Part shown: one piece after another, positions 27,285 through 37,627 of the stretch | How positions within the stretch are numbered: the first letter of the stretch is position 1 | Layout of the letters: every line of letters begins with the position of its first letter | Source of the DNA: a virus | DNA: 64,000 nt | Virus record (IMG/VR): IMGVR_UViG_3300028666_000032 | Span: 5,879-69,878 of that record | Strand: one strand, 5' to 3' | The notes under the pieces: generated by a model | The model's input: the letters and a program-made list of their open reading frames with translations, nothing else | Database searches by the model: none | Told to the model about the DNA's origin: nothing | Made by a program: the position numbers and the translations under genes

Positions 27285-28729
27285 TTTATTAATCCCTCGA
27301 ATGCCTGGCGTTTTGCGTCGAAATGCAGCTTAACGGTTCCAGCTTCACCCTGTCTGTTTTTAACGATGATTAGATCGGCCACACCACGGGCTGCGTCCAT
27401 TTTGCGCTGCCACGTCTGAGATTCTGCAATCGTCGCCGATTCTGGAGGTTCCCGGTTTTCCAGATAATATTCTTCACGATATAGCATCATGACCACATCG
27501 GCGTCCTGCTCGATGCTGCCACTGTCGCGTAAATCTGAGAGACCGGGGCGCTTGTCATCACGGCCTTCGACGCCGCGGTTGAGTTGGTGGAGCAGCAGGA
27601 TGGGAACCTTCAACTCTTTTGCCAGCACTTTTAGGGCCATCGTCATTTCTGCGACTTGGTAGACACGCGGAACCCGTTGATCCCGTGCCGCGACAATTCC
27701 CAAATGATCAATCACAATTAGCGACTGCGGAACCTTGGATGCGATATCGCTGGCCTTGTGACATATCTGTTCTGCGGTGAGGCCGGAACGATCAAACACA
27801 GTGAGCGGAACATCGCTAAGTGAGTTTCTAGCATCCGTAAGATCAATGAAATTAGGATTTTCTGCGGTTCTCTGGTCCCACATATTGACGCTGGAAAACC
27901 TAGCGTTCACACGGTAAGCAAGTTGTTCCCAGCTCATCTCAAGGCTGAAAAACAACACAGGGAGCTTGCGCCGCGCAATGTTCATCGCAAGCGTGAGAGC
28001 AAGCGCCGTTTTGCCCATGGCGGGACGCGCGGCGAGCACGTAAAGAGACCCGGGTTCAAAACCGCATAGCTTGCGGTCTAACTGGGAAACGCCAGTCTGA
28101 ATGCCCGTAAGTCCGCCGCCAGCGCGGTATCTGTTCTCAATATTCTCAAGCGTCAAATCGAGCATGGTGCCGAGCGAATAAGTATCGGCCGCGATGCTAG
28201 GATTTCCAATTTCTCGCCATAGGTATGCGATCTTTTCGGCCTTCTCCATTTCCGAAAGTGATGCATCGCTTTGAATAAAGCGTAACCTGCGTTCGTTATA
28301 GAACTCGACAATGCTTCGCGCGTAATCTCGGACTTGCATTGGCGATACAACGCAGCAAATCAATCCCGCGAGATAATCACGTTTCTCTTTGGTGTGGGAG
28401 AAAAGGCCATCATTTATGCGTGGTTCTATTGTACTGATCGTATGTGTTCGACCCTTTGAAGCGTCACCTGCTATCGCCTCGTAAATTATCTGGTGGCACT
28501 GATAGAAAAACATCTCGGGTCGAAGCAAATCCGCCACATCGCGGAGCCGATCAGGATGCGCGAGAAGAATGCCAAGCAAACCGCGTTCGATATCGTCAAC
28601 GGCTGATTCTGGATTGCGGACAAATGGATGGATGGACAAGCGGGAAACCGTTGCAAGACAATGTCCAAGGGCAGCGGGCGGCTTACCTGCAACGGTAAAG
28701 GGCCAAGGCGGCTCATGACTTCCGCCCAA
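27281..28729 (-). CDS. dnaB: DnaB-like replicative helicase
   Basis: AARPAMGKT, FSLEMS, IVIDHL and QLNRGVEGRDDKRPGLSDLRDSGSIEQDAD. True start is probably about 130 nt downstream of 28729. Confidence 0.93.
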   Translation of the reverse strand: MGGSHEPPWPFTVAGKPPAALGHCLATVSRLSIHPFVRNPESAVDDIERGLLGILLAHPDRLRDVADLLRPEMFFYQCHQIIYEAIAGDASKGRTHTISTIEPRINDGLFSHTKEKRDYLAGLICCVVSPMQVRDYARSIVEFYNERRLRFIQSDASLSEMEKAEKIAYLWREIGNPSIAADTYSLGTMLDLTLENIENRYRAGGGLTGIQTGVSQLDRKLCGFEPGSLYVLAARPAMGKTALALTLAMNIARRKLPVLFFSLEMSWEQLAYRVNARFSSVNMWDQRTAENPNFIDLTDARNSLSDVPLTVFDRSGLTAEQICHKASDIASKVPQSLIVIDHLGIVAARDQRVPRVYQVAEMTMALKVLAKELKVPILLLHQLNRGVEGRDDKRPGLSDLRDSGSIEQDADVVMMLYREEYYLENREPPESATIAESQTWQRKMDAARGVADLIIVKNRQGEAGTVKLHFDAKRQAFEGLIK

Positions 28730-29172
28730 ACCCGCGCTCCTAGACTGGAGCTAATATATTACCAAAACCACGAGGACGGTACAAGCGAATTGTCACAGCG
28801 CCTCGTTACGTGATACAATTCTCGAGGCATGCAGCCCATAACCTGCGTGATCCGTATCGCGAGTAAGCGGCGCAGGAACCTCCAGTGAGAGCGCCGCTGA
28901 AAGCGCTTCACGTGAAGCCATCAAAAATTTATAAGCCAGATCAATATATTATCAATTCGCATAGATTCCTTACGTGCCCAGCGCGACGTTCCAGTCTTCC
29001 CCCCGCTACATCTGGAGACCGACCATGAAGCTGAGCCATAATCAGATCGAAGAAACAATGGAAGAAACAGCCCTAGATCAGTATTTCCACCACAAACAGG
29101 AACGCATGGAGGCAGAAAAGCAGCAGCAGTTGAGAGATTTGAAAAACAGCTTCCGCCATACGGACTAGTCCT

Positions 29173-29640
29173 TCATAATCTAAGTTGCTTTTTGACTAGC
29201 TCCAGAACGTCCTGTCTGCGCCGGAATACGTCGGCAGCGGGTATCCTGTGAACGGTATAGCCTTTTGATTTCAACCATCCGTCCCGCTCAGCATCGTATG
29301 GCTTTTGCCCGTCATGAGCGCCCTTGCCGTCGATCTCGTAAATGACCTTATCGATCACAAAGTCGGGTACGCAATAATTGGCGATGCGCCCGTCCCATGT
29401 CATGCGATACATAATTACCTGATAGTGAAAGTCTATTGCCAACTGGCGCAATATTCTTGCGAACTGTAGCTCGACAGGATTTTGAGCCGCTATCTGGATT
29501 GCCCGGCATTCGTGAGCCTTGCGGATGATTTCTGACTCAGGTTCGAGCTTGTAATGCTTTCCGTATTGATCATACCGTTTGAACCGGCTCTTGCGGGGTA
29601 TCGGACGGCGAGCCGTCTTGGACTTTACGGATTTCGGGAA
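29173..29640 (-). CDS. DUF559/Vsr-like PD-(D/E)XK endonuclease
   Basis: YCVPDFVIDKVIYEIDGKGAH...DAERDGWLKSKGYTVHRI; start uncertain. Confidence 0.75.
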   Translation of the reverse strand, partial: FPKSVKSKTARRPIPRKSRFKRYDQYGKHYKLEPESEIIRKAHECRAIQIAAQNPVELQFARILRQLAIDFHYQVIMYRMTWDGRIANYCVPDFVIDKVIYEIDGKGAHDGQKPYDAERDGWLKSKGYTVHRIPAADVFRRRQDVLELVKKQLRL

Positions 29641-29827
29641 GCGGAGGCCGTTCTCGACCGTTTTGTAAATCGTGGCCATGAGAGTGAGCAAGGCAAAGGC
29701 TGTTATGGAAACTGCAATAACTGCGGCCAGGAACAACATCGTCCCCGCATATTATCATCGAAAGGCCGCTGCCTGCAATAAATCTACAAGCGTTTGGCCC
29801 TGCGTCGGCTAGGCTTATCGGCATCAA
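29570..29827 (-). CDS. GcrA C-terminal-like protein
   Basis: ISLADAGPNACRFIAG...ICG....GRSYCSFH matches the GcrA C-terminal CRWP/FCG/YCxxH pattern. Confidence 0.65.
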   Translation of the reverse strand: MMPISLADAGPNACRFIAGSGLSMIICGDDVVPGRSYCSFHNSLCLAHSHGHDLQNGRERPPLPEIRKVQDGSPSDTPQEPVQTV

Positions 29828-30043
29828 GACCCTTCAGAGCGAGGGTGCAGAGGTAAGAAACCGCGATGATAGCGCCGTCATGGCCAGCCTGGATTTTCCA
29901 GTTGGTTTTTGCGGCGAAGGCGCGCATGCGGATCAGGTCACGCTTTTGCATTTAACCGATCCAGACAGCAATCGCGATCAAGAGGAACAAGAAGCAGACG
30001 CGGGTGACTTCGGCCTGCCACGATATGGTGCGGAGGAGGTGGG

Positions 30044-30217
30044 TCATTTCCGCTTCCCCTTCTGCTTGTCGGACTTGGCGCGTGCCCTATCGCAAATCAG
30101 ATGAATTTGTGTAGAGATGGTTTCGCATTCTTCCTTGCCTGAGGCGCGTAGAAAGTTAAGAACCAAGTCGGAAGTCTTAAAACTAACCACATGGCGGCGG
30201 AGATATTCAGGTTTCAT
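30044..30217 (-). CDS. small DNA-binding protein (Arc/RHH-like, putative)
   Basis: First gene of the leftward operon at the divergent promoter; small and basic. Confidence 0.4.
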   Translation of the reverse strand: MKPEYLRRHVVSFKTSDLVLNFLRASGKEECETISTQIHLICDRARAKSDKQKGKRK

Positions 30218-30270
30218 TAAGCACTCGCGCAACTTTGTTGCTAATTACGTTTGGTCTACCTTTTTAGACT

Positions 30271-30299
30271 TGACCTATTCATAGCACGAGACTACCTTT
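30271..30299 (+). promoter_or_regulatory. sigma70-like promoter of rightward early operon
   Basis: TTGACC then TACCTT at about 17 nt spacing, in the AT-rich divergent intergenic region. Confidence 0.45.
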
Positions 30300-30353
30300 C
30301 GTTGCAAGAACAAACTCAGATTCCAGAACGCGCCTCTAATCTCAGCTATTCAA

Positions 30354-30680
30354 ATGACTGACACATTCACCCCCGGCCCATGGTCTTACGACGGCGAGGA
30401 CATTGATAGCGAGGTTGCTCACCTTGTTGCAGAAGAAATGGGCCTATCACACGATGGCTATGAAATCTTCTCTGTAGACGCTGATGGCGAAGTTGATATG
30501 CCGATTGGCACTGCACTTGACGAGGAAAATGCTCGGCTGATTGCAGCGGCCCCGGATATGGCTATAGCTCTGAAAAAAATGCTGGCATGGCACAACGGCA
30601 CGAACGAGAAAAAGTATCAACCCATGCAGAGTATAATGGAAGAAGCGTGCGCGGCATTGGCGAAAGCAGGTGTAGAATGA
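30354..30680 (+). CDS. conserved phage hypothetical protein
   Basis: FTPGPW...ENARLIAAAPDM motif common in phage early genes. Confidence 0.65.
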   Translation: MTDTFTPGPWSYDGEDIDSEVAHLVAEEMGLSHDGYEIFSVDADGEVDMPIGTALDEENARLIAAAPDMAIALKKMLAWHNGTNEKKYQPMQSIMEEACAALAKAGVE

Positions 30681-31539
30681 TGCAACTTTCAGAAATCACC
30701 TTCGGCAGTAAGGCCAAGTTCTACGGTGCGATTGTCATCGTTGACAGCTACACCCGAGACAACCACGGCCCTCACACCATTCATGTGAGGTTCGCTTGCG
30801 ATGACCGCCGCACAACCTTTCCATGCACACTTGACCAACTTGAGCCGATTTCAACCCCAGAGAGCCGGAGCATCCAATGAGCGAACTTCCACTGTCCGAA
30901 GAAGTGAAATCTCTCATCCACGAGCTTGATGAGAAGGCGCATCATGCCGACCAGCTCGGCCAAACAGAATATGCCGGGATCATGTGGCACGCAGCACAGG
31001 TTCTCAGAGATTTTCAAAACGCACGACAACCAAAGGAGAAACTATGACCGACCACCTCACCCACGCTCTTACCTCAACCAAGTCTTCCCTCTTCCGCGCA
31101 TGGCGCATCTTCCGCATTGGCCTGAGTGTGGCAGCCTATGCGAGCCTCGCCCTGGTTATCGTCGGAGGCTGGCAGCTTTCGCACGGCAAGATCGTCAAGT
31201 TCGACGGCATCGCCCATGCGGAGCTGCCCTTCGGCGACCCGCAGCAGGCCTTGATAACTCAACTGCCTGCAGATCAGACTTTGCCCCCACAGGCTTTGCA
31301 GGCGCTACCAGAGGCTCACGTCACCCACGCCAGCTACCGGCTGGGAGACGTGCCGGCGGCGAAACCGAAGGTTCAGTGATGGTGGAAAAGAACATCACCA
31401 AGCCGAGGTTAGTGCAAATCAACCCAGACTTTTACGAAGCCTACCGCGACGTGCTCACCGATTTGAGAATAGCGATTGTGAATGCAGAGCTGAGATATGA
31501 GCAGCAACAGATGGATCAACTACGCAAAAGGAGACGATC

Positions 31540-32472
31540 ATGACGATTTTGAAGAACCCGAATGAGATTAACGAGACTGTCACACTGGCAGGCATCGTCT
31601 ATGGCCAGCCCGGAGTAGGAAAATCCACGCTAGCTCTTTCAGCCCCGAACCCCGTCTTGATCGACGCGGACAAAGGAATGCGCCGCGTTGAAAAGCGCTT
31701 TCAAGTGCCATCCCTTCCGCTAAACGATTACAAAGATATTCTGGAACTCTTCCAATCAACCGAACTCCACCCGTTTGATACCATCGTATTCGACACGCTC
31801 GGCAAGCTGGTAGACCGCATGGGTGAGTATGTGGTTGCCGAGAACCCAAAGAACGGCAACGGCAAAGGCTCACTTTCAATGCAGGGCTGGGGTGCACTAA
31901 AGGTTGAGTTTCAGAGGCTTCTCAAGCTGGCGCAATCCAAGAACAAGCATCTGATTTTCGTGGCGCACGAGCGTGAGGAAAAAGACGGCGACATGACCAA
32001 GGTGCGTCCAGATGTTTCCGGATCATCCGGCAAAGACCTTGTCAAAGACCTCGATTTCATGGGTTACATGGAAATGCGCGGCACCAAACGCACCATTTCA
32101 TTCACGCCTACGGAAAAATACTACGCCAAGAATGCGCTGAAACTTGATCCTGTGATCGAGGTTCCCGATACCGAGAAAGGCAACAATTTCATCCAGAAGG
32201 TTATCATCGAGCGCACGCTTGAGCGCCTGAAAGAGGACGACGAAGAAAACGCACGCTATGCGAACCTCATGGCCGATCATGACCGCACACTTGCCAAGGT
32301 TGTCGATGCAGCGACAGCGAACGAAGCCCTTGCGGTTATCGATTGCGCGCCGGTTATCTGGGACTCAACTCGCGTTGCCAAACACAGGCTTGCCGACAAG
32401 ATCAAAGCATGTGGACTGAAGTATGACCTGACTGCGAAGGTGTTCAAGGAAGCGGAAAAGAAGGCTGCCTGA
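31540..32472 (+). CDS. Sak4-like/AAA_24 ATP-dependent single-strand annealing protein
   Basis: IVYGQPGVGKST, LIDAD, TIVFDTL and IFVAHE motifs. Confidence 0.85.
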   Translation: MTILKNPNEINETVTLAGIVYGQPGVGKSTLALSAPNPVLIDADKGMRRVEKRFQVPSLPLNDYKDILELFQSTELHPFDTIVFDTLGKLVDRMGEYVVAENPKNGNGKGSLSMQGWGALKVEFQRLLKLAQSKNKHLIFVAHEREEKDGDMTKVRPDVSGSSGKDLVKDLDFMGYMEMRGTKRTISFTPTEKYYAKNALKLDPVIEVPDTEKGNNFIQKVIIERTLERLKEDDEENARYANLMADHDRTLAKVVDAATANEALAVIDCAPVIWDSTRVAKHRLADKIKACGLKYDLTAKVFKEAEKKAA

Positions 32473-32918
32473 TGTTTATCCTGCCTATTCGAATGCAGGA
32501 AAAGATTATGCCAGAACCTATGTCCGGTTGCTGGTTGTGGATAGGCGCTTGGAATAAAGACGGATATGGTCAAACGACCTTGATGGGCAAATCAAACAAT
32601 GCTCACCTGATAATCTATCGCATTCTGGTCGGCGCAATACCAAAAGGTCTAAAGTTAGATCATCTTTGCAGGAACCGTGCATGCGTCAATCCAGTACATT
32701 TGGAGCCCGTCTCTAACCAAGAGAATATAAGGAGGGGAAAAGAGGCCAGCAAAAGGTTTTGCAAAAATGGCCATGAGTTCACCCCTGAAAACACGAGGAT
32801 TATATCGAACCCTAATAGGGCCGCTTCTCCTCTCCTTAGCGGAAGGCAATGCCTGACCTGCTTGCAAGTTAACGCGCGCCGGTATTACGAGAGGAAGAAA
32901 CAATGCCGAGGTATTTAG
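32472..32918 (+). CDS. HNH endonuclease
   Basis: SGCWLWIG, LDHLCRNRACVNPVHLEPVSNQEN and CKNGHEFTPENT. Confidence 0.9.
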   Translation: MFILPIRMQEKIMPEPMSGCWLWIGAWNKDGYGQTTLMGKSNNAHLIIYRILVGAIPKGLKLDHLCRNRACVNPVHLEPVSNQENIRRGKEASKRFCKNGHEFTPENTRIISNPNRAASPLLSGRQCLTCLQVNARRYYERKKQCRGI

Positions 32919-33520
32919 TCACCCCATCATTACATAGTTCATGGAAATGGTTCATGAACTCAGACCAGACCAAGCTGGAGTTTTTGAACACGCTGAATAA
33001 GGTTCCGATTGAACCTACAGAAGCGATGTTGCTTGGCAGGCAATTCGAGGATGACATCTACTCAGCTTGCGACGGCACTTACAAGCAATCCGGCGATGAA
33101 CGCTATGACAGGTGTGTTGATGAAGCGGCAGAGCTTGCGAGAGATGGCTTGAGGCAAGAGAAAGTCTACCGTGATGTCAGGATAGCAGGCTATGACGTTC
33201 TGCTTTATGGCAAAGCCGACCTGATCCGCAGAGACTGGATATACGATTTCAAGCGCACCAAGAATTACGATATCGGCAAATATGCAGGCAGCATACAGCA
33301 TTCCCTCTACATGGCATGCTCAGGTATCCACAACTTTCGCTATATCGCAAGCGATGGTCGGAGCGTGTGGCTGGAGGACTACCACTACGACGATGCCATG
33401 CGTGATAGGATGATTGGCGAGGTTGCCGCGATGCTCGATTGCATCTTTTCAGATGGCGAGCTTGCACCGGCATACAATACACACTGGCTTTCTAGACCGA
33501 GGTTAGAGACTGCGGCATGA
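32903..33520 (+). CDS. PD-(D/E)XK exonuclease (Sak4 partner)
   Basis: LYGKAD...IYDFKRT...QHSLY motif; adjacent to the Sak4-like gene. Confidence 0.75.
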   Translation: MPRYLVTPSLHSSWKWFMNSDQTKLEFLNTLNKVPIEPTEAMLLGRQFEDDIYSACDGTYKQSGDERYDRCVDEAAELARDGLRQEKVYRDVRIAGYDVLLYGKADLIRRDWIYDFKRTKNYDIGKYAGSIQHSLYMACSGIHNFRYIASDGRSVWLEDYHYDDAMRDRMIGEVAAMLDCIFSDGELAPAYNTHWLSRPRLETAA

Positions 33521-33849
33521 TTGAGTTTGATCCCCAAGCCCTAGCAAGTCAGTTCGAACAGGCCGGACACAACTGGGCCGACCTCAACGCGGCAGCGGAA
33601 GTTTTGGAGGACACGGCGAAAACACTTCTTGCCGAGATTGCGCTCGAATATATGCCGAAGGTTGGAGCAGTATCCAAGGCAGAGATGGAAGCAAAAGCAT
33701 CCAACCGCTACCAATCACACCTCTCGCAAGCCACAGAAGCTCGACGGCTCTCCAACCGAGCGCGGGTTTCATACGACGCGATGCGCGTGCAGATCGATCT
33801 TATCCGCTCGAAGGAAAGCACAGAACGAGCGCTAATTTCAGTCCGTTGA
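33517..33849 (+). CDS. hypothetical coiled-coil protein
   Basis: 110-aa helical ORF coupled by an ATGA overlap. Confidence 0.55.
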   Translation: MIEFDPQALASQFEQAGHNWADLNAAAEVLEDTAKTLLAEIALEYMPKVGAVSKAEMEAKASNRYQSHLSQATEARRLSNRARVSYDAMRVQIDLIRSKESTERALISVR

Positions 33850-34079
33850 CTATACGCACTGAATGCACGAAGAGAGATGATATGCCTACCGGGACTAATG
33901 CGAAGCTACTGGGAAGAACATTCGGCAAGGTTAACGGCCAAGATTATGAGTTTGCCCAGTTCGGCGGTCGGCATGAGCTTCTTGACAGTGATAGCGAAAG
34001 GCTTGTCGCCCCCACTTCGCCTGCCAGCTCTGTTAAAGTTCCTGACGTCGCTCATGTAATTCTTAGGGGTTAGAGATAC

Positions 34080-34418
34080 CTAGGATAATGCGGCAACGAT
34101 TGCCTTGAACAGAGCGTCCTTCTTCTGCTGCTCTAGCGGCAAGCCTTCATAGGGAACGAAGCAAGGGTGCTCCTTCTTCTCGACATCCTTGACCGGCCCA
34201 TATTTCCAGCCATCCACCCGTTTTGCCTCTAACCAACTTTCATGGTTGGCGCTGGGCGGTGCGTCGGGATTGTCGAGGCAGAAATTTACTCCTTTGATCG
34301 CGCTATCGCGCTGCCATTCAGGGGCTTCGTCCCAAGGAAGCTGAGAGTTATCGCCTATGGTTTTGCAGTAGGCGCGGTTTGCTTCGTGGCAGACCTGGGC
34401 GATGGAAGTGTTATTCAT
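34080..34418 (-). CDS. RyR-domain protein
   Basis: HESWLEAKRVDGWKYGPVKDVEKKEHPCFVPYEGLP. Confidence 0.85.
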   Translation of the reverse strand: MNNTSIAQVCHEANRAYCKTIGDNSQLPWDEAPEWQRDSAIKGVNFCLDNPDAPPSANHESWLEAKRVDGWKYGPVKDVEKKEHPCFVPYEGLPLEQQKKDALFKAIVAALS

Positions 34419-34666
34419 AGGCTAGTCGATTTCTCCGGCACTATTGGCCGGTGTTGGTTGTTAGCTCGGATTGGTTCTTGGCACATCAGACATGATGTTA
34501 TCCAGCGTGCCGGACACCTTTAGCGCAATGCTGAGTGCAGCAGGTCTAAGGTGATCCTCTTTCTTGCCCGGAAATGCATTGACCAATGACGACAGTGCCA
34601 AATCGTAAGCGATCTTGTGCATCTCGTCTCTGGTTGGGATCATGGCAAATTCGGGGGTTTGAGATA

Positions 34667-35437
34667 TCAGCGTTTCTTAGGGTATTTCGGTAGGGCGAGA
34701 GACGCATGACAACCACGAATCCGCTTCGCCGACTCTTCGAGCTTTTCCGCCGTGCTGGCCAATCCGCCCCAAGCATCCGACACACCGGATTTACAGACTG
34801 CCACAATCGCATCGATGATTGTTTGATCGCCGAAATACAGCTTGTTCTCTTCGATGTGCTTCAGCACACCGTCTAAAATCTTCGTTGCCCTTGCGTCTTC
34901 GGCGCGAGCCTTATCAACCGCCATTTTTATGCGCTGCTCATCGGTTAGGCGCAGCTCCTTAAGGCGTTGCTGGCATATGCTTTCGACCAATGCACTATCG
35001 ACCTTTCCAGCGCTGCGAAACAGCGCAGCGACAAACATGCGGTCATATTCCTTCGGTTGCGGGTTTCGCACCGCTTGCTTTTTGATCGACAATCCTTCAG
35101 GTGCAGCCAGCATCCATCCCCAATTAGCGGGTATCTCGGCTTCATCCTCAATCACTTCATCGCTTGTGACGATCCACCATCTATCGCAGAAGGAAGCGAA
35201 GCGTTCGGCCTTTTGAGGATTCGCAAGTTCTCTCTTCCAATCATACTTGCTGACTTTGATTTCGTAACCGTGCATTTCCAGACCATGCGACGGCCACAGG
35301 GCCATACTAATTGCATCGGCAAAGCCGCTATGACGCGCCCCAGTAGCATCAGGCACTTCAAAGAAGATGGCATGCGTCGGCGCACAGAACTTTGTGCGGA
35401 GATGGGTGCATATGTCTTCGGAACGCATGTAAGTCAT
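34667..35437 (-). CDS. MmcB-like PD-(D/E)XK nuclease-fold protein
   Basis: FFEVPDATG...ADAISMALWPS...GYEIKVSKYDW...ELANPQKAE. Confidence 0.7.
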   Translation of the reverse strand: MTYMRSEDICTHLRTKFCAPTHAIFFEVPDATGARHSGFADAISMALWPSHGLEMHGYEIKVSKYDWKRELANPQKAERFASFCDRWWIVTSDEVIEDEAEIPANWGWMLAAPEGLSIKKQAVRNPQPKEYDRMFVAALFRSAGKVDSALVESICQQRLKELRLTDEQRIKMAVDKARAEDARATKILDGVLKHIEENKLYFGDQTIIDAIVAVCKSGVSDAWGGLASTAEKLEESAKRIRGCHASLALPKYPKKR

Positions 35438-35475
35438 GGGATAGAAAGTCGGCGTTAGTGTAATTCAAATGCCGA

Positions 35476-35524
35476 TTGACATCTGATGGTAGTTACAGTA
35501 ACGTATCACTAACGGTCGTGTCAA
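35476..35524 (+). promoter_or_regulatory. promoter with overlapping imperfect palindrome (possible recombinase-binding/res-like site)
   Basis: TTGACA-N17-TAACGT; the segment is bracketed by TTGACA...TGTCAA and contains GTTAC-A-GTAAC. Confidence 0.5.
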
Positions 35525-35544
35525 CTATTGTTTTCGAGTGTCAA

Positions 35545-36207
35545 ATGCAGGGTAAACGAGGCCCCAAAAAGAAGCCATACATCCACAAAATCGCCGAAAC
35601 AACGGTTAAGTGGAAAAAGCGCAAAGACGGCGAGCCGATGATGATCGGGTATGCTCGCGTCTCAATGAACGATCAAAGCAACCAGCGTCAAATAGATTCA
35701 CTGGTCGAATATGGCGTAGCGCCAGAAGATATTTTCCAGGACAAACAGAGCGGTAAAACAATGGATAGGCCAGCGTGGCAAGCTTGTTTCCGCGATCTGC
35801 AAAAAGACGATTGGCTGGTGATCTATTCTCTTGACCGGCTCGGTCGCAACCTTCGCGACCTCCTCGATATTGAGCAACAGCTTTACGAAAAAGGCATCAA
35901 ACTGAAAGTTATCTGTCAGCCCATTGATACCAGTAACGCGGGTGGACGGCATTTCTTTCACATGCTTGCGTCACAGGCTCAATGGGAACGTGAATGGAAT
36001 TGGGAACGCACGATGCACGGCTTATCCAAAGCGCGTGATCGCGGAAGCATCGGCGGTCAGCCTTCGCCGTTCTCCGACAAGGAAATCCGCGCAGCATTGC
36101 GGAAAGCAAAAACCGTTAGTGGTGCGGCTAAGATTTTGAAATGCGCAAAGGTGACAATTCATCGGCGCATGAAGGAATGGGAAGCAGCGAAGGAGGCAGC
36201 AGCATGA
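35545..36207 (+). CDS. small serine recombinase (resolvase/invertase family)
   Basis: MIGYARVS catalytic Ser motif, Q..Q...L, DKQSG...RP, VIYSLDRLGRN, IDTS, and a C-terminal HTH; basic N-terminal extension. Confidence 0.93.
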   Translation: MQGKRGPKKKPYIHKIAETTVKWKKRKDGEPMMIGYARVSMNDQSNQRQIDSLVEYGVAPEDIFQDKQSGKTMDRPAWQACFRDLQKDDWLVIYSLDRLGRNLRDLLDIEQQLYEKGIKLKVICQPIDTSNAGGRHFFHMLASQAQWEREWNWERTMHGLSKARDRGSIGGQPSPFSDKEIRAALRKAKTVSGAAKILKCAKVTIHRRMKEWEAAKEAAA

Positions 36208-37051
36208 GCGACAAACCAGTTACGACGAAAGCTCCGTGCGAAGGCGATTGGATAACTTCGCCACCCCACCAATTTGAGATCATAGACAAGATCGAGGAAG
36301 CGGGCTGGTTTGGATCGAAGAAAGTCCGCGTTATTTACAAATGCAAGGCTTGTGGTCGAGTGACCGAGAATGGCGTGAGACTATGAAATCAGATCAGCCG
36401 CCCGTCTTAAAAAACAAGCATGGATCTTTCAGCATCGGCGACAAGGTTTCTTTTGATGTCGAAAACCAGATCAGTGGTGGCTATAGCTGGGACAGCCACG
36501 GAGAACTGCGCATGCGCAACGGCGAGTTGATTATAAAAACGAGACAGGGCGTCGTGACGATTGGCAAAGGTTACGATGCTTATATCGGCTCAATACGTCC
36601 GCAGGTAGCCAGTCCATACGAGAGGCCGCTGTGAGGGCGACATCGGACCTTCTTAAGAAAGCAGCCATCCAACTCGAATGGCATATCGAACGGTGCGAGA
36701 ACGGCACCGAGGAGGAAGGATTTATTAGCCCGCAGGATGTTTATCCGATGGAGCGATTGGAAATGTCCAAAAGCGTTCTGGCGCAACTCAAGGAAGCTAT
36801 AAATGGCTGAGCCACAAACGACCGACTACGAGACGATCATGGCCGCGCTTTATTATCCCATGAGAGACGATGCAACGTGGGAGAAGATGCAGAAGAAGTG
36901 TCATCAGGCGATAGCGGCTTTTCAGCGTCTAGTCCCACCGCCAGTCAGTAATAAATACGTTGCCCTTGGATGTGAGCCTTTCGGTGTTTCGAATGACCGA
37001 TAAACCACGAAAGCAGACTAACACCGGCTCAGCCGGAGAAACTAGCTATGG

Positions 37052-37627
37052 GTGAGGATCTTGATTGCTTGTGAATGCAGCGGAATTGTAAGGGACGCTT
37101 TTATCCAGCGCGGCCATGACGCTACTTCGTGCGACCTGAAACCGACGCGCCGACTTGGCCCGCACTATCAGGGCGACGTTCGCGACATTCTGCACATGTC
37201 TTGGGACATGATGATCGCGCACCCGGTCTGCAAGATCATGGCGAACAGCGGAGTTAGATGGTTGCATGAAAGACCAGAACGCTGGAAGCTTTTAGAAGAA
37301 GGTTGCGCGTTCTTTAAACTGTTTATCGACGCGGCTCATATCCCGAAGCGTTGCGTTGAAAACTCCATTATGCACGGCCACGCTAGAAAGTTGATCGGCA
37401 GAAAATGGGATCAGATCATTCAGCCCTGGTGGTTCGGAGCGCCATTTACTAAAGCAGCCGAGTTACATCTAATCGGCCTGCCGAAATTGCCGCAGGAAAG
37501 AACGAAGGATAGCTACGATCATATCGAACCGAAATGCTGGAAGATGGCACCGAGTGCCGACCGCGAAGAACTGCGCAGCAATACCGAACCCGAAGTTGCA
37601 CGAGCCATGGCGGAGTATTGGGGATGA
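37052..37627 (+). CDS. DNA cytosine methyltransferase-like protein
   Basis: RILIACECSGIVRDAF...SCDL...DMMIAHPVC...VENS...IIQPWWFG; a phage DNA methylase-like family. Confidence 0.7.
   Translation: MRILIACECSGIVRDAFIQRGHDATSCDLKPTRRLGPHYQGDVRDILHMSWDMMIAHPVCKIMANSGVRWLHERPERWKLLEEGCAFFKLFIDAAHIPKRCVENSIMHGHARKLIGRKWDQIIQPWWFGAPFTKAAELHLIGLPKLPQERTKDSYDHIEPKCWKMAPSADREELRSNTEPEVARAMAEYWG

Noticed and set aside
35476-35544. TTG start for the recombinase at 35476
   Set aside because: It coincides with the TTGACA promoter box; ATG 35545 or 35638 is more plausible.
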